Below, piece after piece: positions 28,869 through 39,200 of a stretch of DNA of 64,000 bases (its first letter is position 1; each line of letters starts with the position of its first letter). Position numbers and translations under genes: made by a program. The notes below the pieces were generated by a model. It made no database searches, was not told the DNA's origin, and worked only from the letters and a program-made list of their open reading frames with translations. The DNA is from Nitrospirota bacterium (GTDB lineage: Bacteria > Nitrospirota > UBA9217): NCBI GenBank assembly GCA_963751455.1, contig CAVVUN010000012.1, forward strand, positions 320,001 to 384,000, in the 5' to 3' direction.

Positions 28869-30389
28869 CTAGAGCCGTTCCAGGGCCTTTTTAAGCGCCT
28901 CCGCCTTCTGGAGGGTTTCGAGATACTCGCTCCGGGGGTCGGAATCCGCGACAATGCCGGCGCCGACCTGTATGAAGGCCAGCCCGTCTTTTATTACGAA
29001 CGTCCTTATGATGATGTTCAGGTCCATGTCACCAGCGTTCGAAATATAGCCGATCGAACCCGTATACGGCCCGCGTGCTACCGGCTCCAGTTCGTCGATT
29101 ATCTCCATGCACCTTACTTTCGGCACCCCCGTGATCGTGCCTCCGGGAAAGACTGCGCGCACGACATCGAAAGCATCCATCCCCTTTGCCAGATCGCCCC
29201 GCACGTTCGAGACGATGTGGATGACGTGCGAGTAATCCTCGACCACCATCATTTCATCGACCCGCACCGACCCGTACTCGCACACCTTTCCCAGATCATT
29301 CCGCTCCAGGTCGAGCAGCATTATGTGCTCCGCGCGCTCTTTTTCATTCATCAGAAGCTCGGCCGAAAGTTTGTCTGTCTCGGCCCGGTCCCTGCCCCGG
29401 CGCCGGGTGCCCGCTATCGGCCGGGTATCGACGGCGCCGTTAACGAGTCGGACAAGACGCTCCGGGGAAGAACTGACGAGCTGCAGGTCCCCGAAGTCGA
29501 GGTAAGCGGCAAAAGGGGAAGGATTGATTTCGCGGAGTACGCGGTAAAGCCGCAGAGGGTCGGAATCGTGCAGCTCGACCGAAAGGCGCTGAGACAGGTT
29601 TGCCTGGTAGATGTCGCCGGCCGCGATGTATTCCTTGCAGCGCAAAACCATGGACTCGAACACCCCGCCCGTAATGTTCGGCTCAAGCGAGGCAGCCGCG
29701 CTTTTTCCGGCGGCCGCGGACAGGGGGGTATCTTTTTCCGCGGCTACGGCTGCGCTGATTTCCGCGATCTTTTGCGTTGCCCCGTCATAGAGACGGCCAC
29801 CCTCGGTCTTCTCCATCCTGCGGAAACCCATCTCCTGCTCCCGGGCGCCCGGGTTCACGATCACCCATATTTTTTGCTGGATGTGGTCGAATGCTATGAC
29901 AAAGTCCACAAATACAAAATACGACTCGGGAATATCCAAATCGCGTACGGCATTCCGGGGGATTTGTTCGAACTGGCGGACAAAGTCATAGGAAAAGAAC
30001 CCGAGTGCGCCGCCGGTAAACGGCGGAAGGCCGGGCACGCGCTCTGTTCTATAGTTTGACATCAGCTCACGGAGCTTGACCAGAGGTTTTCGGCGCATCG
30101 AGGCGCGTCTGCCGAACTTTCCCTCGGGCGTGGCCGGCAAATGCAGTTCGACCGTATCTGCGTGAGACCGGAATATGAGATAAGGACCTGCAGTTACATA
30201 GGAATATCTGCCGATTTTGTCGTTCACGCGCGCACTCTCGAGCAGCATGGGATACCCTTGCGTACGGACGGCTTCGAGGGCCATAAACGGCGTCACGCCG
30301 CTCGCTTCCAGCTCAACGGAAACGGGAAGGATCTTGCCGGATTGCAGTGATCGGACAAATTCGTCTTTTAAGGGCCGGACTGTTTTCAT
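28869..30389 (-). CDS. Chorismate-binding enzyme, component I (PabB/TrpE family)
   Basis: LLESA, GDIYQAN, NPSPF, SSSPE, PIAGT, EHIMLLDLERND, FPGGTITGVPK, GAGIV. PabB versus TrpE not resolved; start uncertain (30389 or 30425). Confidence 0.9.
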   Translation of the reverse strand: MKTVRPLKDEFVRSLQSGKILPVSVELEASGVTPFMALEAVRTQGYPMLLESARVNDKIGRYSYVTAGPYLIFRSHADTVELHLPATPEGKFGRRASMRRKPLVKLRELMSNYRTERVPGLPPFTGGALGFFSYDFVRQFEQIPRNAVRDLDIPESYFVFVDFVIAFDHIQQKIWVIVNPGAREQEMGFRRMEKTEGGRLYDGATQKIAEISAAVAAEKDTPLSAAAGKSAAASLEPNITGGVFESMVLRCKEYIAAGDIYQANLSQRLSVELHDSDPLRLYRVLREINPSPFAAYLDFGDLQLVSSSPERLVRLVNGAVDTRPIAGTRRRGRDRAETDKLSAELLMNEKERAEHIMLLDLERNDLGKVCEYGSVRVDEMMVVEDYSHVIHIVSNVRGDLAKGMDAFDVVRAVFPGGTITGVPKVRCMEIIDELEPVARGPYTGSIGYISNAGDMDLNIIIRTFVIKDGLAFIQVGAGIVADSDPRSEYLETLQKAEALKKALERL

Positions 30390-30538
30390 TATAAAAGATG
30401 TTTGTTGCTCATCGCGGCGAGTCAAGCTTCCAGGTTGACCTGAAATGCGGGCGCGCCGCTTATCAATAAAGACAAAATTTTAAAGGCAATTCCCCGGCAG
30501 GTCAAGATAATTCTCGAAAATTATCAGTGGTGCTTTTA

Positions 30539-30547
30539 TGCTATAAT
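30539..30547 (+). promoter_or_regulatory. Extended -10 promoter for ncRNA 1
   Basis: TGcTATAAT, a perfect extended -10, about 40 nt upstream of the structured region. Confidence 0.65.
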
Positions 30548-30565
30548 AAATTTATAGATTATTTA

Positions 30566-30577
30566 GATCTTTGAAAG
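30566..30577 (+). promoter_or_regulatory. boxA-like antitermination element
   Basis: GATCTTTGAAAG, about 20 nt after the -10, resembles the rrn-leader boxA form (G)A/TTCTTTGAAA. Confidence 0.45.
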
Positions 30578-30587
30578 ATTAATCAGT

Positions 30588-30882
30588 GAGGGCGTTGCCG
30601 AACCAACACCCAATAGGTGAACGTTCTAAACCCGTTTACAAGGGCGATAAGCGCCGACAACCGTTTCCTGCAACCGTGCAGAAAGACCGCAGTTCGGGCC
30701 TTTCTCTCTTTTGCAGGGTTTCGGTAAAACGGAAGTGCCAAAAGCTCGAAGTCCGGGTATGAGGGCAAAAGACGCAAGCTTCACAAGGTCCGCATGGCGG
30801 AGCAGCAGAAGCAGGTCTGATACCCGTTACTCAGCCGGGCTGAACGGAAGTTTAAAGAGATGGTTCGCTGGCAACGCCTTTT
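30588..30882 (+). ncRNA. Unidentified large structured RNA 1 (~295 nt)
   Basis: Fourteen mutually compatible helices found by eye, closed by GGCGTTGCC (30591-99) / GGCAACGCC (30870-78). Promoter upstream; no credible ORF. Confidence 0.75.
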
Positions 30883-30948
30883 ATAATTACAGAACGTGCT
30901 GCGCAGTTGGAATTAAAAAAACCGGAAAGGGTCGGTCAGAGCACTCGC

Positions 30949-30977
30949 TTGACAACCTTTTTTTGGGGTGCTATATA
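30949..30977 (+). promoter_or_regulatory. Sigma70 promoter for ncRNA 2
   Basis: TTGACA, 17-nt spacer ending in TGc, TATATA. Confidence 0.7.
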
Positions 30978-30994
30978 AAGACAAAGATCAAAAT

Positions 30995-31302
30995 GTTAAT
31001 CCAGCCCTTCGGAGGGTTGGATTAGCGAGGCGTTGCCGGGCCGTATTTTATTATCCGTTGAGAACTTCAAGCGTCGGCTTCTCCTGGTTTTTGATGTGAA
31101 GGCCATGTCGGTCGTGAGACCTTCTGGTTTCATGTTGAGGGCTTCGAAAAGTCCGAAGAGGCTGAAACTCCCTGGCCGGTGAATGATCAATGCAAACATT
31201 CTGCATTGGAATCGCGCAAGCGATTTCTGTGAAGAGTGATCATTGAACTTTCTCTGGTTCAACGATGCTATAAAATACGCGCCTTGGAAACGCCTTTTTT
31301 TT
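30995..31302 (+). ncRNA. Unidentified large structured RNA 2 (5' hairpin plus ~270-nt core)
   Basis: 14-bp hairpin at 30995-31026. Core closed by AGGCGTT/AACGCCT, CGTATTTTA/TAAAATACG and CGTTGA/TCAACG. GUGA and GCAA tetraloops, many G-U pairs on the + strand, ends in U8. Confidence 0.75.
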
Positions 31303-31352
31303 ATAAAACCCGCTGGCTTTAAGCAATCAGCAGTAAGTGATACCATGGTTGC

Positions 31353-31925
31353 TTAAAAATAATAATGAATCCCCGCCTCAATTGAAACAGTATCTCCGTC
31401 GACATCAGGGTCCAGTGAAAAAGAAAATCCGTTTATTTCTATCTCGTCATACCGAATAAACCGGTAAATGAAACCGAGATTCAACGCCATATTTCTGTTC
31501 AAAAATCGCTCGAGTCCTGCGCCGAAATTCCATCCGCTGCCTTTCAGAGTCGTATCTGCTCCTTCAAAGGGATTATACTCGTCCAAAGAGTAGGACCCCA
31601 GGCCGAACAGAAAGTAGAACTGGTTGGGATCCACAACAGGGGACACAAAAACACGAAGATCGAGGGTGAACCCGTTGAAATCGGCGCTCCCGAATCCGGG
31701 GTCAGTATCCTCGTGATTGGAACCCATAAAGGCGCCTTCAAGCGCGACCTGGCCGAAATCATAACCGAATTTGAATTGAAGCCCTGTTCCTGCGTCGAGA
31801 TAATCGATATCCGAACTGCGGGGATTGTTAAAGACCAGCCCGGCGCCCACATACGGTCCTTCGTCGGCAGATGCAGGACTCAAACAGAGCAGTATGATCA
31901 GTGCTGATAAAGACAGAATCTTCAT
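31353..31925 (-). CDS. Outer-membrane beta-barrel (OmpA-like 8-strand) protein
   Basis: Signal peptide, GPYVGAG, FGYDF, NFGAG, C-terminal HYYF. Confidence 0.82.
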   Translation of the reverse strand: MKILSLSALIILLCLSPASADEGPYVGAGLVFNNPRSSDIDYLDAGTGLQFKFGYDFGQVALEGAFMGSNHEDTDPGFGSADFNGFTLDLRVFVSPVVDPNQFYFLFGLGSYSLDEYNPFEGADTTLKGSGWNFGAGLERFLNRNMALNLGFIYRFIRYDEIEINGFSFSLDPDVDGDTVSIEAGIHYYF

Positions 31926-31997
31926 GGGTTCCCTCCGCGGAATGGCTTTTATCTAAGTATAGCGCGGAGGTTTTGGATTAAAACCTAAAGCAAATTT

Positions 31998-32080
31998 TCA
32001 CACAAAGACACCAAGACACAAAGTTGAATGTGCATTTTGACTCTAATCTTTTCCTTTGTGTGCTTCGCTGCTTCGTGTGA
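31998..32080. repeat. Palindromic intergenic element
   Basis: TCACACAAAGACACCAAGACACAAAG ... CTTTGTGTGCTTCGCTGCTTCGTGTGA. Confidence 0.6.
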
Positions 32081-32187
32081 GATGCTCTGTTTTTTTCTTT
32101 TCGTTTTGCTTCAGTCAAAACTGCCGCCCTGCAGCCTGACCTGCATTTTTTTCTGTATAAATCAGCGAAAATTTACTATACTGTCGC

Positions 32188-32418
32188 ATGGCCAAAATCA
32201 ATGCGCTCCGAAAGACCGCACGAGAATGCGCAACATGGAATGGACACAAACTCAGCCGGTTTTCTCCGGCTATGATTTACTCTAACGGAAAACGAGTATC
32301 ATTCGCCAGTTGTCTAAAATGCGGCGTGATGGCAGTGGTGGATACTCAACCGCTGCCCAACGACATTGATATCAGCGGGTCCGCCGTAGCCATAAACTGC
32401 AAAAGGCGCAAAGAATGA
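32188..32418 (+). CDS. Small hypothetical protein with His/Cys (possible Zn) ligands
   Basis: 76 aa; GH...CLKCG...C; ends 23 bp upstream of the R-M gene on the same strand. Confidence 0.6.
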   Translation: MAKINALRKTARECATWNGHKLSRFSPAMIYSNGKRVSFASCLKCGVMAVVDTQPLPNDIDISGSAVAINCKRRKE

Positions 32419-32441
32419 ATTCTAACGCGGGAGACTGATTA

Positions 32442-35400
32442 GTGGCTGATATTCAGTCGTTCAGGAAAAACGTTCAGTCGTTAGTCGCAAAATTCGAGCA
32501 GGACAGAAACCATCACTGCTCAAAAGGCTATCCTGAAGCGCAGCTCCGCGTTGATTTCCTGAACCCGTTCTTCAATGCGCTCGGCTGGGACCTCGAAAAC
32601 CAGTCCAACAAACCGCCCCATGAACGAAACGTAATCGTCGAGCTTTCTCCTGAAACCACCCTCCGTCCTGATTACAATTTCCGAATAAACGGGGACACAA
32701 AATTCTTCGTTGAAGCAAAAGCGCCCTGGGTGCCGCTTGACGACGTGAACCACATTATGCAGGCAAAGACCTATGCCTGGTCCACCAAGGAGGTGTTCTT
32801 CGTAATTCTCACCGACTTCGAAGAGTTCAAGCTCTTCGATGCTTCTCTCAAGCCCAATCCCAAATATCCTCAGCGAAGGCCTTCTTTACGAATTCAAGTA
32901 TACTGACTTATCTTGATAATATCGAGAAGCTTTGGGAGCTTTCCAGGGAACGTGTGGAACAAGGATCGCTGGAAGCCCTGCTGCCCCGAGACCCGAAAAG
33001 CAAGCGACTAAGAATTCCGCCCGACAAGTCATTCCTCGAAGATCTGACCGCATGGCGCACAGAACTTGCCAAGGACATTCACAAGCGCAATCCGGAAATC
33101 GATGTCCATGTACTGAACGATGTTGTCCAGAAGCTTCTTGACCGCATCATCTTCATCCGCATAGCCGAGGACCGGAAGAGCAGACCGGAGCGCGAACTGT
33201 GGGAGATCGTGGCGCAATGGAAGGAAGAGGGCAAGCGCAAATCCATTATGCCCGCGCTCATCGATCTTTTCCGAGAGGTGAACGACGACCTGAACGGCGA
33301 CATCTTCAAGCCCCATGCCTGCGAGAGCGCGGCCGTCGATTCTGAAATCCTCGCGGACATCATCGATAATCTCTATTTCCCGAAAACGCGGTACCGGTTT
33401 GATGCAATCGGCGTGGAACTGCTGGGAAGCATATACGAGCGCTATCTCGGCAGCACAATCCGCGTCACACCAAAACAGGTCAAGGTAGAGGAAAAGCCGG
33501 AAGTAAAGAAAGCGGGCGGCGTTTTTTATACTCCGAAGTTCATTGTCAATTACATAGTCAAGAACACCGTCGGCAAACTTATCGAAGGCAAATCCCCGAA
33601 GCAGATCGAGAAAATAAAAATACTAGATCCGGCTTGCGGCTCCGGATCGTTTCTTCTAGGCGCATATCAATATCTCATTGATTATCATCTCAAGTATTAC
33701 CGTGACCATCCCAAAGACGCTCAAACCCTCTTTCTCGATATCTATGCAAAAGTAAACCCCGAAGACCTCGCCCTGCCACTTAAGGAAAAGGCGAAGATTC
33801 TGCGGAACAACATCTTCGGCGTGGACATCGATCCCCAGGCAGTCGAGATCACAATGATGAGCCTGTATCTCAAAGCACTTGAGGGCGAACGAGGCCTTCT
33901 GCCCCGAAAACAGCACCTTCTCCCATCTCTCACAAATAACATCAAATGCGGCAACAGCCTGATCGGATACGACATCTTCGATGCCCCCGACCAATATTCA
34001 TTATTATCCGTCATTCCAGCGAAGAATTTCGGCGAGCTCAGTCGAGGCGCTGGAATCCAGGGTTCTGGATCCGGATCAAGTCCGGGATGACAAAACAGGA
34101 ACAATGGTCAGACGAAGACCGCGCCCGTATCAACCCCTTCGACTGGACATCCAAATCCACCGGTTTCGGCGACATCCTGGAATCCGGCGGCTTCGACGCC
34201 GTAATCGGCAATCCGCCGTATGTAAGGCAGGAACTCCTCGGCGATTTCAAGAATTACTTCCAGCAGCATTATGAAGTCCTATCACGGGACGGCTGATCTC
34301 TACGCCTACTTCATTGAAAAGGGTGTTTCGCTCCTCAAAAAGGACGGCCTCTTCAGTTATATCGTTGCCAATAAGTGGATGCGCGCAAATTATGGCGAGT
34401 CACTGCGGAAGTGGATGAAGAAGCAGCGAATCGAAGAGATTACTGACTTCGGCGATTTACCGGTATTTGAAAATGCAACAACCTATCCCTGTATTGTGCG
34501 GATTCGGAAAGGAAATGCGGCCATAAAGTTTTCAGCTACGCAGGTGAAGACACTGGATTTCGCTAATCTTGCAGACTATGTTTCTGAACAATGTTATCGC
34601 AGTCAATAGAGCGGCTCTATCGGACGGCGGATGGGCATTAGTGGACGAGCAGTCACAAGCTTTATTGAATAAATTGCAAGCCATTGGAAAACCGCTAGGC
34701 GATTATGTTCAAGGTAAAATCTATCGTGGAGTACTGACAGGGCTTAACGAAGCCTTTGTGATCGATTCCGAGACCAAAAAGAAGCTTATAAAAGAAGACC
34801 GAAAAAGCTCAGAATTGATTAAACCCTTTCTGCTCGGGCGCGATGTAAAACGGTATGAATCGTCGAATGGCAACAATTATTTAATCTTCACTCGACGTGG
34901 TGTTGATATTAAGAAATATCCGGCCATCGAGGAACATCTATTGCCGTTCAAAAAAAGGCTTATGCCGAAACCGGCCGATTGGAAAGGCGGCGATTGGCCC
35001 GGACGTAAGCCAGGGCCTTATAAATGGTATGAAATCCAAGACACGATTGATTACTATGAAGAGTTTGAAAAGCCAAAGATCATGTGGCCCGAGATTGCGG
35101 GCAGTGCTCGGTTTGCCTACGACGATACCGGCTATTACGCGAACAATAAAGTCTTTATTATTCCAGACGGATCAAAATATTTGCTCGGTTTATTAAATTC
35201 TTCCCTCCTCCGTTTCTTTATCGAAAACAACTGCACAGACCTACAAGGCAATAGCTATAACTTTTCGGGTATATTCGTCAGCAGGACACCGATCCGCACC
35301 ATCGACTTGAATGACCCAACTGAAAAAGCAATTCATGACAAGCTCGTTTCCCTCGTAGATCGTATGCTTGACCTCCATAAAAAGAAAGCCGCTCTTCCTC

Positions 35401-35519
35401 CGTCCGCCGAACGCGAAAAAATCGAACGCGAGATCGCTGTGACGGATGAAAATATCGATGAAATTGTTTATAGGTTGTATGGGATTACGAAAGAAGAACG
35501 TAGAATCATAGGAGAGTAG
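32442..35519 (+). pseudogene. Type IIG (Eco57I-like) fused restriction-modification enzyme, broken by about five single-base indels
   Basis: PD..EAK nuclease (RPDY...VEAK), FYTP, ILDPACGSGSFL (motif I), IGNPPYV (motif IV), TaqI-like C-terminal TRD. Frame changes near 32872, 32909, 34071, 34278 and 34597; these may be assembly errors. Confidence 0.9.
34010..34091. repeat. REP/RPE-like palindrome inside the R-M coding sequence
   Basis: GTCATTCCAGCG...CGCTGGAATCCAG...CTGGATCCGGATCAAGTCCGGGATGAC, with the nested hairpin TTCGGCGAGCTCAGTCGAG (34028-34046). Confidence 0.8.
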
Positions 35520-35521
35520 CA

Positions 35522-36202
35522 GTGGATTATGACATTCCCGATGAAGAGGATCGTAAGTATAGAGATTTTGAAGAATACAATCTGCGTAAAAAATACGATC
35601 AATATTTAAAGCTGGCAAAGACAGAAAAAGAGATGCAAGTTTTTTTTGAAATTAACCCCATTTTTTTGCCAGGGCTTTACGATAGACACAACGGTCCGCT
35701 TGGTGATGTCGTAATCTCTAAGCTTGGACTAGCAGAGGAATATGAAACGGACTTCGCCTTTCTTTCAATTGATTCCGCAAGAATACAAATAACATTAATC
35801 GAAATAGAATCGCCTCGGTTAAAGATTTTTCGTAATTCCGATCATCATTTTACGTCTACCTTTAACAAGGCCATGCAGCAGATGCGCGATTGGATTGAGT
35901 GGGTACAAACTCATCAGGCCCATTTAAAAGAAGTGTTAAGAGATGTTTATTTTGGAAGTGTTTTTAGAAATCAGCATGTCATGACGAAGGTTATCGTTGT
36001 CGCAGGAAGAAGAAAAGATGTTGAGCGAAATTCTATCAGGGAAAAAAGATGGGCTGGCTTGAATGCATCTATTGCAAATAACGAAGTCGTAACTTACGAT
36101 CATCTTGCATATGGAATGGTCCCGTCTTTTTACCTTTTGAAAAATCTAATTTGCAGGCCTAAAAGATACGTGATGCAGACTCTGAGGCATATAAGATTTT
36201 AA
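35522..36202 (+). CDS. Shedu (SduA/DUF4263)-like nuclease
   Basis: E..Q.FF..NP, TDF, LIEIESP, AMQQ..DW, VVAGRR, VTYDHL. Confidence 0.78.
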   Translation: MDYDIPDEEDRKYRDFEEYNLRKKYDQYLKLAKTEKEMQVFFEINPIFLPGLYDRHNGPLGDVVISKLGLAEEYETDFAFLSIDSARIQITLIEIESPRLKIFRNSDHHFTSTFNKAMQQMRDWIEWVQTHQAHLKEVLRDVYFGSVFRNQHVMTKVIVVAGRRKDVERNSIREKRWAGLNASIANNEVVTYDHLAYGMVPSFYLLKNLICRPKRYVMQTLRHIRF

Positions 36203-36215
36203 GACAGAAGGATAA

Positions 36216-39200
36216 ATGAAGAAATTTCAATGGAAGCGGTTTTGGTGTCCGCCTGAAGGAAAAGCAAGGTTTGATAAGTCAGGATATTTAACTGATGCCG
36301 ACGGACCATACGCAAAATATTTAAACCCTGATGTTGTTTCTTTTGAAAAAATAAAAAATGTCCCTTGCTTGATTCTGTTAGGAGAACCGGGGATCGGTAA
36401 GTCACAAACTATTCAGGATGAACAAAAAATTATAATAAAGGAAAAGGTATCTGACGAAAATATCATTGTTGCAGTCAATTTGAAGGAATATGGTAGCGAA
36501 GATCGATTAAAAAAAGATCTCTTCGAGTCAAAAGTTTGGAGAGAATTTATTGCAAACAAAAAGAAGCTGCACTTGTTTCTTGATAGCTTGGACGAAGTAC
36601 GTCTTCGAATTCCTCATGTATCCTCTTTAATCTTGTCTGGGTTAAAAGAAGCTCCAATTGAGCGTATTTCATTTAGGATAACATGTCGATCAGCGGAATG
36701 GCCGTGGAGTTTTAAGGAAGGCCTGGAGTCATTATGGCATAAAGACGCCGTTAAAGTATTTGAGCTTATGCCTTTAAGGCTAACTGATGTCCAAGAAGCA
36801 GCTTGTCAATTAAAAATTGATGTTGAAGCGTTTATTCAAGCTGTGAATGAAAAAAAGGCTGGCGCACTGGCGGCAAAGCCTGTAACCTTAAAATTTTTTC
36901 TCAATATCTTTAAGAAAGACGGTCATCTGCCAGATTCGCAAATTGAGTTATATGAGAAAGGTTGTCTGCATTTATGTGAAGATCCTGATCTTGAACGCCG
37001 GGAAAAGAGGCAACTAAGCAAGAGATATGCCGGTCATCTAAATAATAAACAGCGTCTTAATATTGCATCAAGAATAGCGGCTGCTCTGACATACAGCAAC
37101 TATTACGCTGTTTACAAAGATATCGACGAAGGCAACATCCCCGATGATTGCATCTGCCTTGATGATCTGACATCTGGAAAAGAGAAAAATGATTCTGATT
37201 TGTTCGACATTAGAGTTGATTCAATCCAAGAAACATTGAGAACGGGATTGTTTAATTCACGTGGCGCTCAGATGATGGGCTTTGCACATCAAACTTTTCT
37301 CGAGTTTCTGGCGGCCCGTTACATCAAAGACGCTCCTATTGAGCAAATTAGATCTTTACTGAGTCATCCGCATGATAATGGCAGACTGGTACCGCAATTA
37401 CATGAAACAGCCGCCTGGATCTCTCAGCAGAGGCAGGATGTCTTGTCTTGGATCGTATCGATTGAACCAGAAATCTTACTGAGAAGCGATGTCTCAAAAG
37501 AAGATGTTAAAACCAAGGAAATAATTGTATCCGCACTGCTCGACAGATTTCTGTCGCAGGAGTTGTTAGATGACCGAATCTTCCGAGATCATTATAGTAA
37601 ACTGAATCATCCAAATCTTTTTAAACAGCTCGAACCAATTATTCCTAATAAAGCACTACCGAGAGAGGCACGTTTTGTTGCAATTCAAATTGCCAAAGCT
37701 TGTAATTGCAGGCATGTTCAACGTATTTTGGCAAATGTGGCTCTTGATTCATCCGAAGATTACTATATTCGCTTAAAAGCAGCAGATGCTACCTGGTCAA
37801 TAAACGACGATGAAGTAAGAATAATTCTTGAACCTCTAGCGGAAGGTAGAGCAGGTGATGACCCAGATAGCGGTTTACGTGCTTATGGTTTTCGATGCAT
37901 GTGGCCGAAACATTGGACGCCAATAAAACTATTATCCAATATTATTAACCCTCCAGAAGAACTCATAGGCGGGGCTTGCAATGCCTTCCTGGAACACGAA
38001 TTTATTCCTCAATTACCAGCTATAGATTGGTCTAACGACCTTCCCGCAGCATTAGCGATCGTAAAAAACTGGTCCGTTCGAGAACGACGAGGTGAACTCC
38101 TTGGAACAATTTCTGATGGAATAATTATTTCTGCATGGAAGTTAGTTCCGAAGTTGGAAATAATGCAAGGACTCGCAGAATTAATTCTGGAAAGGTTAAA
38201 AACTGATCAGCCCATCATGTATGGGCAGGACGGTAAACACTTAAGTAATGATGAGTTAAAGCGCCATGCATTTATAGGTTTTTTAATTGAAAAATTCGAT
38301 TTTGGTGAGAGATCAATCGATCACTTTATTTATGGTGAAACACCGCTGATTTTAAGGCCAGATTTTCCCTGGTTACTTCAACAATTATCAATTTGTTCAG
38401 CAGAACGGAAGCGGATTTGGGCTCATTGCATAATGGGCACCTTAAGAGACGACCATCCTGTTTCATGGATTAGCGATTTTCTTGACCTTCGACTACGAGA
38501 GCCGATCCTCCAAGAGATGTACCATGTATTTTGGCCTCTTGATTCAGACATCAGTAAAAATGCAAAGAATAGCTATTTGAGGGCGCTCTATTGGCAAAAT
38601 CGCCATAGCAAGGAGGAAGTCAGAGATAAAAGATCGCTTTACGAAGTAGTTGCGACTGAGATAGAAGCCATGAAATCAGATAGCATTGATCACTGGCACA
38701 ATATTACCTTTAATGTATCAGCAGACCGGGAAAAAGGTATTCTTGACTGGCCCGTAAATATAGTAGACACGATAGGATGGAAAACATTAGAAGATATAAC
38801 ACAGCAGCAAATCAGAGAAGCTGCGTTAATGTTTTTAAAAAATTATGTGCCGGAAAATACTTCATGGTTCGGAACGGGGCGTCATAATTGGGAGATCGCC
38901 TCTACATATTTGGCAATAGAACTAATAGCCGGTGATCAAGCGAAGGTTAACGCGATACCGAATGAAGCATGGCGCCGATTTATTCCATACATGATAGATT
39001 CTCCATTAAGTAACGATAGCACAACTCGCTGTTTGTTTTTGAGAATAGCCTTAGAAAAGGCCCCAGCTGATACTCAGAATTATTTCGTGCGATTTATAGA
39101 CCGTGAGAACGAACGTCATGGCTGCATATTCTTTATAAATCAATATCAAGATTGTTGGCCGGACGAATTTACACGTCCGTTTATGGAGAAGCTAGCTTCA

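Noticed and set aside
30764-30842. c-di-GMP-I riboswitch (GGCAAA...GACGCAA.GC)
   Set aside because: The GNRA-capped stem between GGCAAA and GACGC is missing, and there is no downstream gene to regulate.
30588-31296. The two GGCGTTG-bounded units as IS1595-like MITEs
   Set aside because: No target duplications, unrelated interiors, dedicated promoters and strand-specific G-U/GNRA features. Not fully excluded without a genome-wide search.
30583-31346. ORFs 30583-30777, 30711-31025 and 30996-31346
   Set aside because: No motifs or clear ribosome-binding sites; they cross promoters and helices that are better explained as RNA structure.
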